Shown in pieces: positions 36,538 to 37,573 of a stretch of DNA of 37,573 nt. The stretch comes from a virus (lineage: Duplodnaviria; Caudoviricetes), in IMG/VR virus record IMGVR_UViG_3300030397_000177, positions 1 through 37,573 of that record, one strand, 5' to 3'. Positions within the stretch are counted from its first letter, which is position 1. Each line of letters starts with the position of its first letter. Position numbers and translations under genes: made by a program. Under the pieces are notes generated by a model. The model saw nothing but the letters and a program-made list of their open reading frames with translations. It did no database searches and had not been told where the DNA came from.

Positions 36538-36771
36538 ATGGCTAAGCTCTCGTCAAAAAACAAAGACTCTTTAAAACATAGAGTAAAGATATTAAATGCC
36601 TATGTGGAAAAATTGTATAAAAAGATGGAAGGAGATAAGGATGTTTTACATATTCTAAATTATTTAAAGACTATTAACGGTTCTATAGACGGTATTGAGA
36701 AAGAGTTGAAGAATATTTTATGTGAAAAAAGTAAACTAACAAAAGAAGAAATAGAGGTTTTGGTTAGGTAG
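36538..36771 (+). CDS. CsoR/RcnR/FrmR-like helical repressor (degenerate)
   Basis: KDSLKHRVKILNAYVEKLYKKMEGDKDVLHILNYLKTINGSI follows the family pattern but has Val at the usual Cys position. Confidence 0.45.
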   Translation: MAKLSSKNKDSLKHRVKILNAYVEKLYKKMEGDKDVLHILNYLKTINGSIDGIEKELKNILCEKSKLTKEEIEVLVR

Positions 36772-36773
36772 GG

Positions 36774-36789
36774 GTAGGGGTACCCCTAC
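36774..36789. promoter_or_regulatory. Perfect 16-bp G/C-tract palindrome (operator candidate)
   Basis: GTAGGGGTACCCCTAC. Confidence 0.5.
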
Positions 36790-37008
36790 TATCCCCAAGA
36801 TGCCCACCGTTTCCACATTGACGGTGGATATTTTATTTCTGTATGCTTGAGTGGCACATAACAACATTTTAAATGCTCGTAAGATGTTGCACGTAATAAA
36901 ACAACAATGCAGACCGATTCCCATACTCTTTACGGAGTACATATTGTGGAACGGTCTTTTTCGTTTGTACAAGTTACCATGCTCATAACCCTAGCATGGT
37001 TTTTATTT

Positions 37009-37573
37009 ATGAAATTTTCAGATAAATACGGTGAGTTCCTTGACTACCTCAAGTACGTTAAAGGATTAAATGAGAAAACAGTAAACAACTATAGGTTTTT
37101 AGTCTACGGTTCTTTGAGTCACTCGATACAGGACATGAACATAGAGTCTTCTAACTTAATCGATGTTGTGAAAAGTGTAACTGAGATTGCAAAGACTCAT
37201 GGAAAGAATGGACCAACTAGTACGACGTTAGTTTTAAAGAAGTACTTTGAGTTTTTAGAAGAATCAGGAATTGAGATACCATTTAAATGGAGAAGCATTA
37301 AAACCCCTAAACCACCCAAGAAAGAAATTGAGATACTTGAACCCGATGAGATAGAAGAAATAAGAGAAGCATTACTAACTTCAACGAGTAAGGGGGTAAG
37401 GAACCGTACAATATTTGAACTAACTCTATCGTCAGCCTTACGGGTAGGGGAACTAGTATCACTTAATAGAGAAGATTGGAACTCAGATAGTAGAGAGCTT
37501 ATGGTGACGAATATTAAAAGTAAGGAACGACAAATGGTTCTGGTTAATAAAGAAGCATCTAAGTGGATAGACC
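37009..37573 (+). CDS. int: Tyrosine recombinase/integrase, N-terminal part (continues across the junction to 456; ~289 aa in total)
   Basis: ATG at 37009 gives MKFSDKYGEFLDYLKYVKGLNEKTVNNY (XerC/D-like N-domain) ... RNRTIFELTLSSALRVGELVSLN (catalytic Arg box). It is in frame with ORF 19..456. Confidence 0.9.
   Translation, partial: MKFSDKYGEFLDYLKYVKGLNEKTVNNYRFLVYGSLSHSIQDMNIESSNLIDVVKSVTEIAKTHGKNGPTSTTLVLKKYFEFLEESGIEIPFKWRSIKTPKPPKKEIEILEPDEIEEIREALLTSTSKGVRNRTIFELTLSSALRVGELVSLNREDWNSDSRELMVTNIKSKERQMVLVNKEASKWID
37451..37573 (+). repeat. Terminal overlap, copy 2
   Basis: Identical to 29-151. Confidence 0.95.

Larger units (their letters stand above)
29..37450. mobile_element. Complete temperate podovirus-like phage genome in the excised (attP) configuration
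   Basis: Terminase, portal, capsid, lysis and integrase genes, an intact attP, and circularity. Confidence 0.9.

Noticed and set aside
36736-36972. 78-aa minus-strand ORF upstream of the integrase
   Set aside because: It has a weak TTG start, no motif, and overlaps the palindrome and promoter region, so it cannot be supported.

Overview
The window is an apparently complete, circularly permuted temperate phage genome of about 37,422 bp: positions 29-151 are identical to 37451-37573. Positions 1-17 are a random-amplification primer remnant. The gene order, almost all on the + strand, is: tyrosine integrase (spanning the junction), a ribbon-helix-helix (RHH) regulator, attP (the 3' half of an initiator tRNA-Met), a highly structured early leader, early/accessory genes, small and large terminase, portal, scaffold, capsid, HNH, tail/ejection genes, a response regulator plus lysis genes, a small leftward operon and a CsoR-like gene. 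No tape measure, sheath or major tail gene was recognised, so it looks podovirus-like. The standard genetic code fits and Shine-Dalgarno motifs are essentially absent. A Patescibacteria/CPR-like host is my inference only, from the lack of SD sites, S/T-rich ATST/NASTT-type proteins and the style of the receiver protein. The most notable candidates are: (1) an attP-spanning antiterminator that can form only in the excised genome, giving an integration-dependent lysis/lysogeny switch with no recognisable CI; (2) five virion-module proteins with N-terminal membrane anchors and a shared acidic-[LF]G[AS] motif, which also occurs in a phage papain-like protease; (3) a probable programmed -1 frameshift that makes a membrane-anchored transglycosylase; (4) a chain of long G-U-rich hairpins in the early leader; (5) a switch-like 5' UTR ahead of tiny membrane peptides. 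All family calls come from motif recognition by eye, and no searches or folding computations were run.
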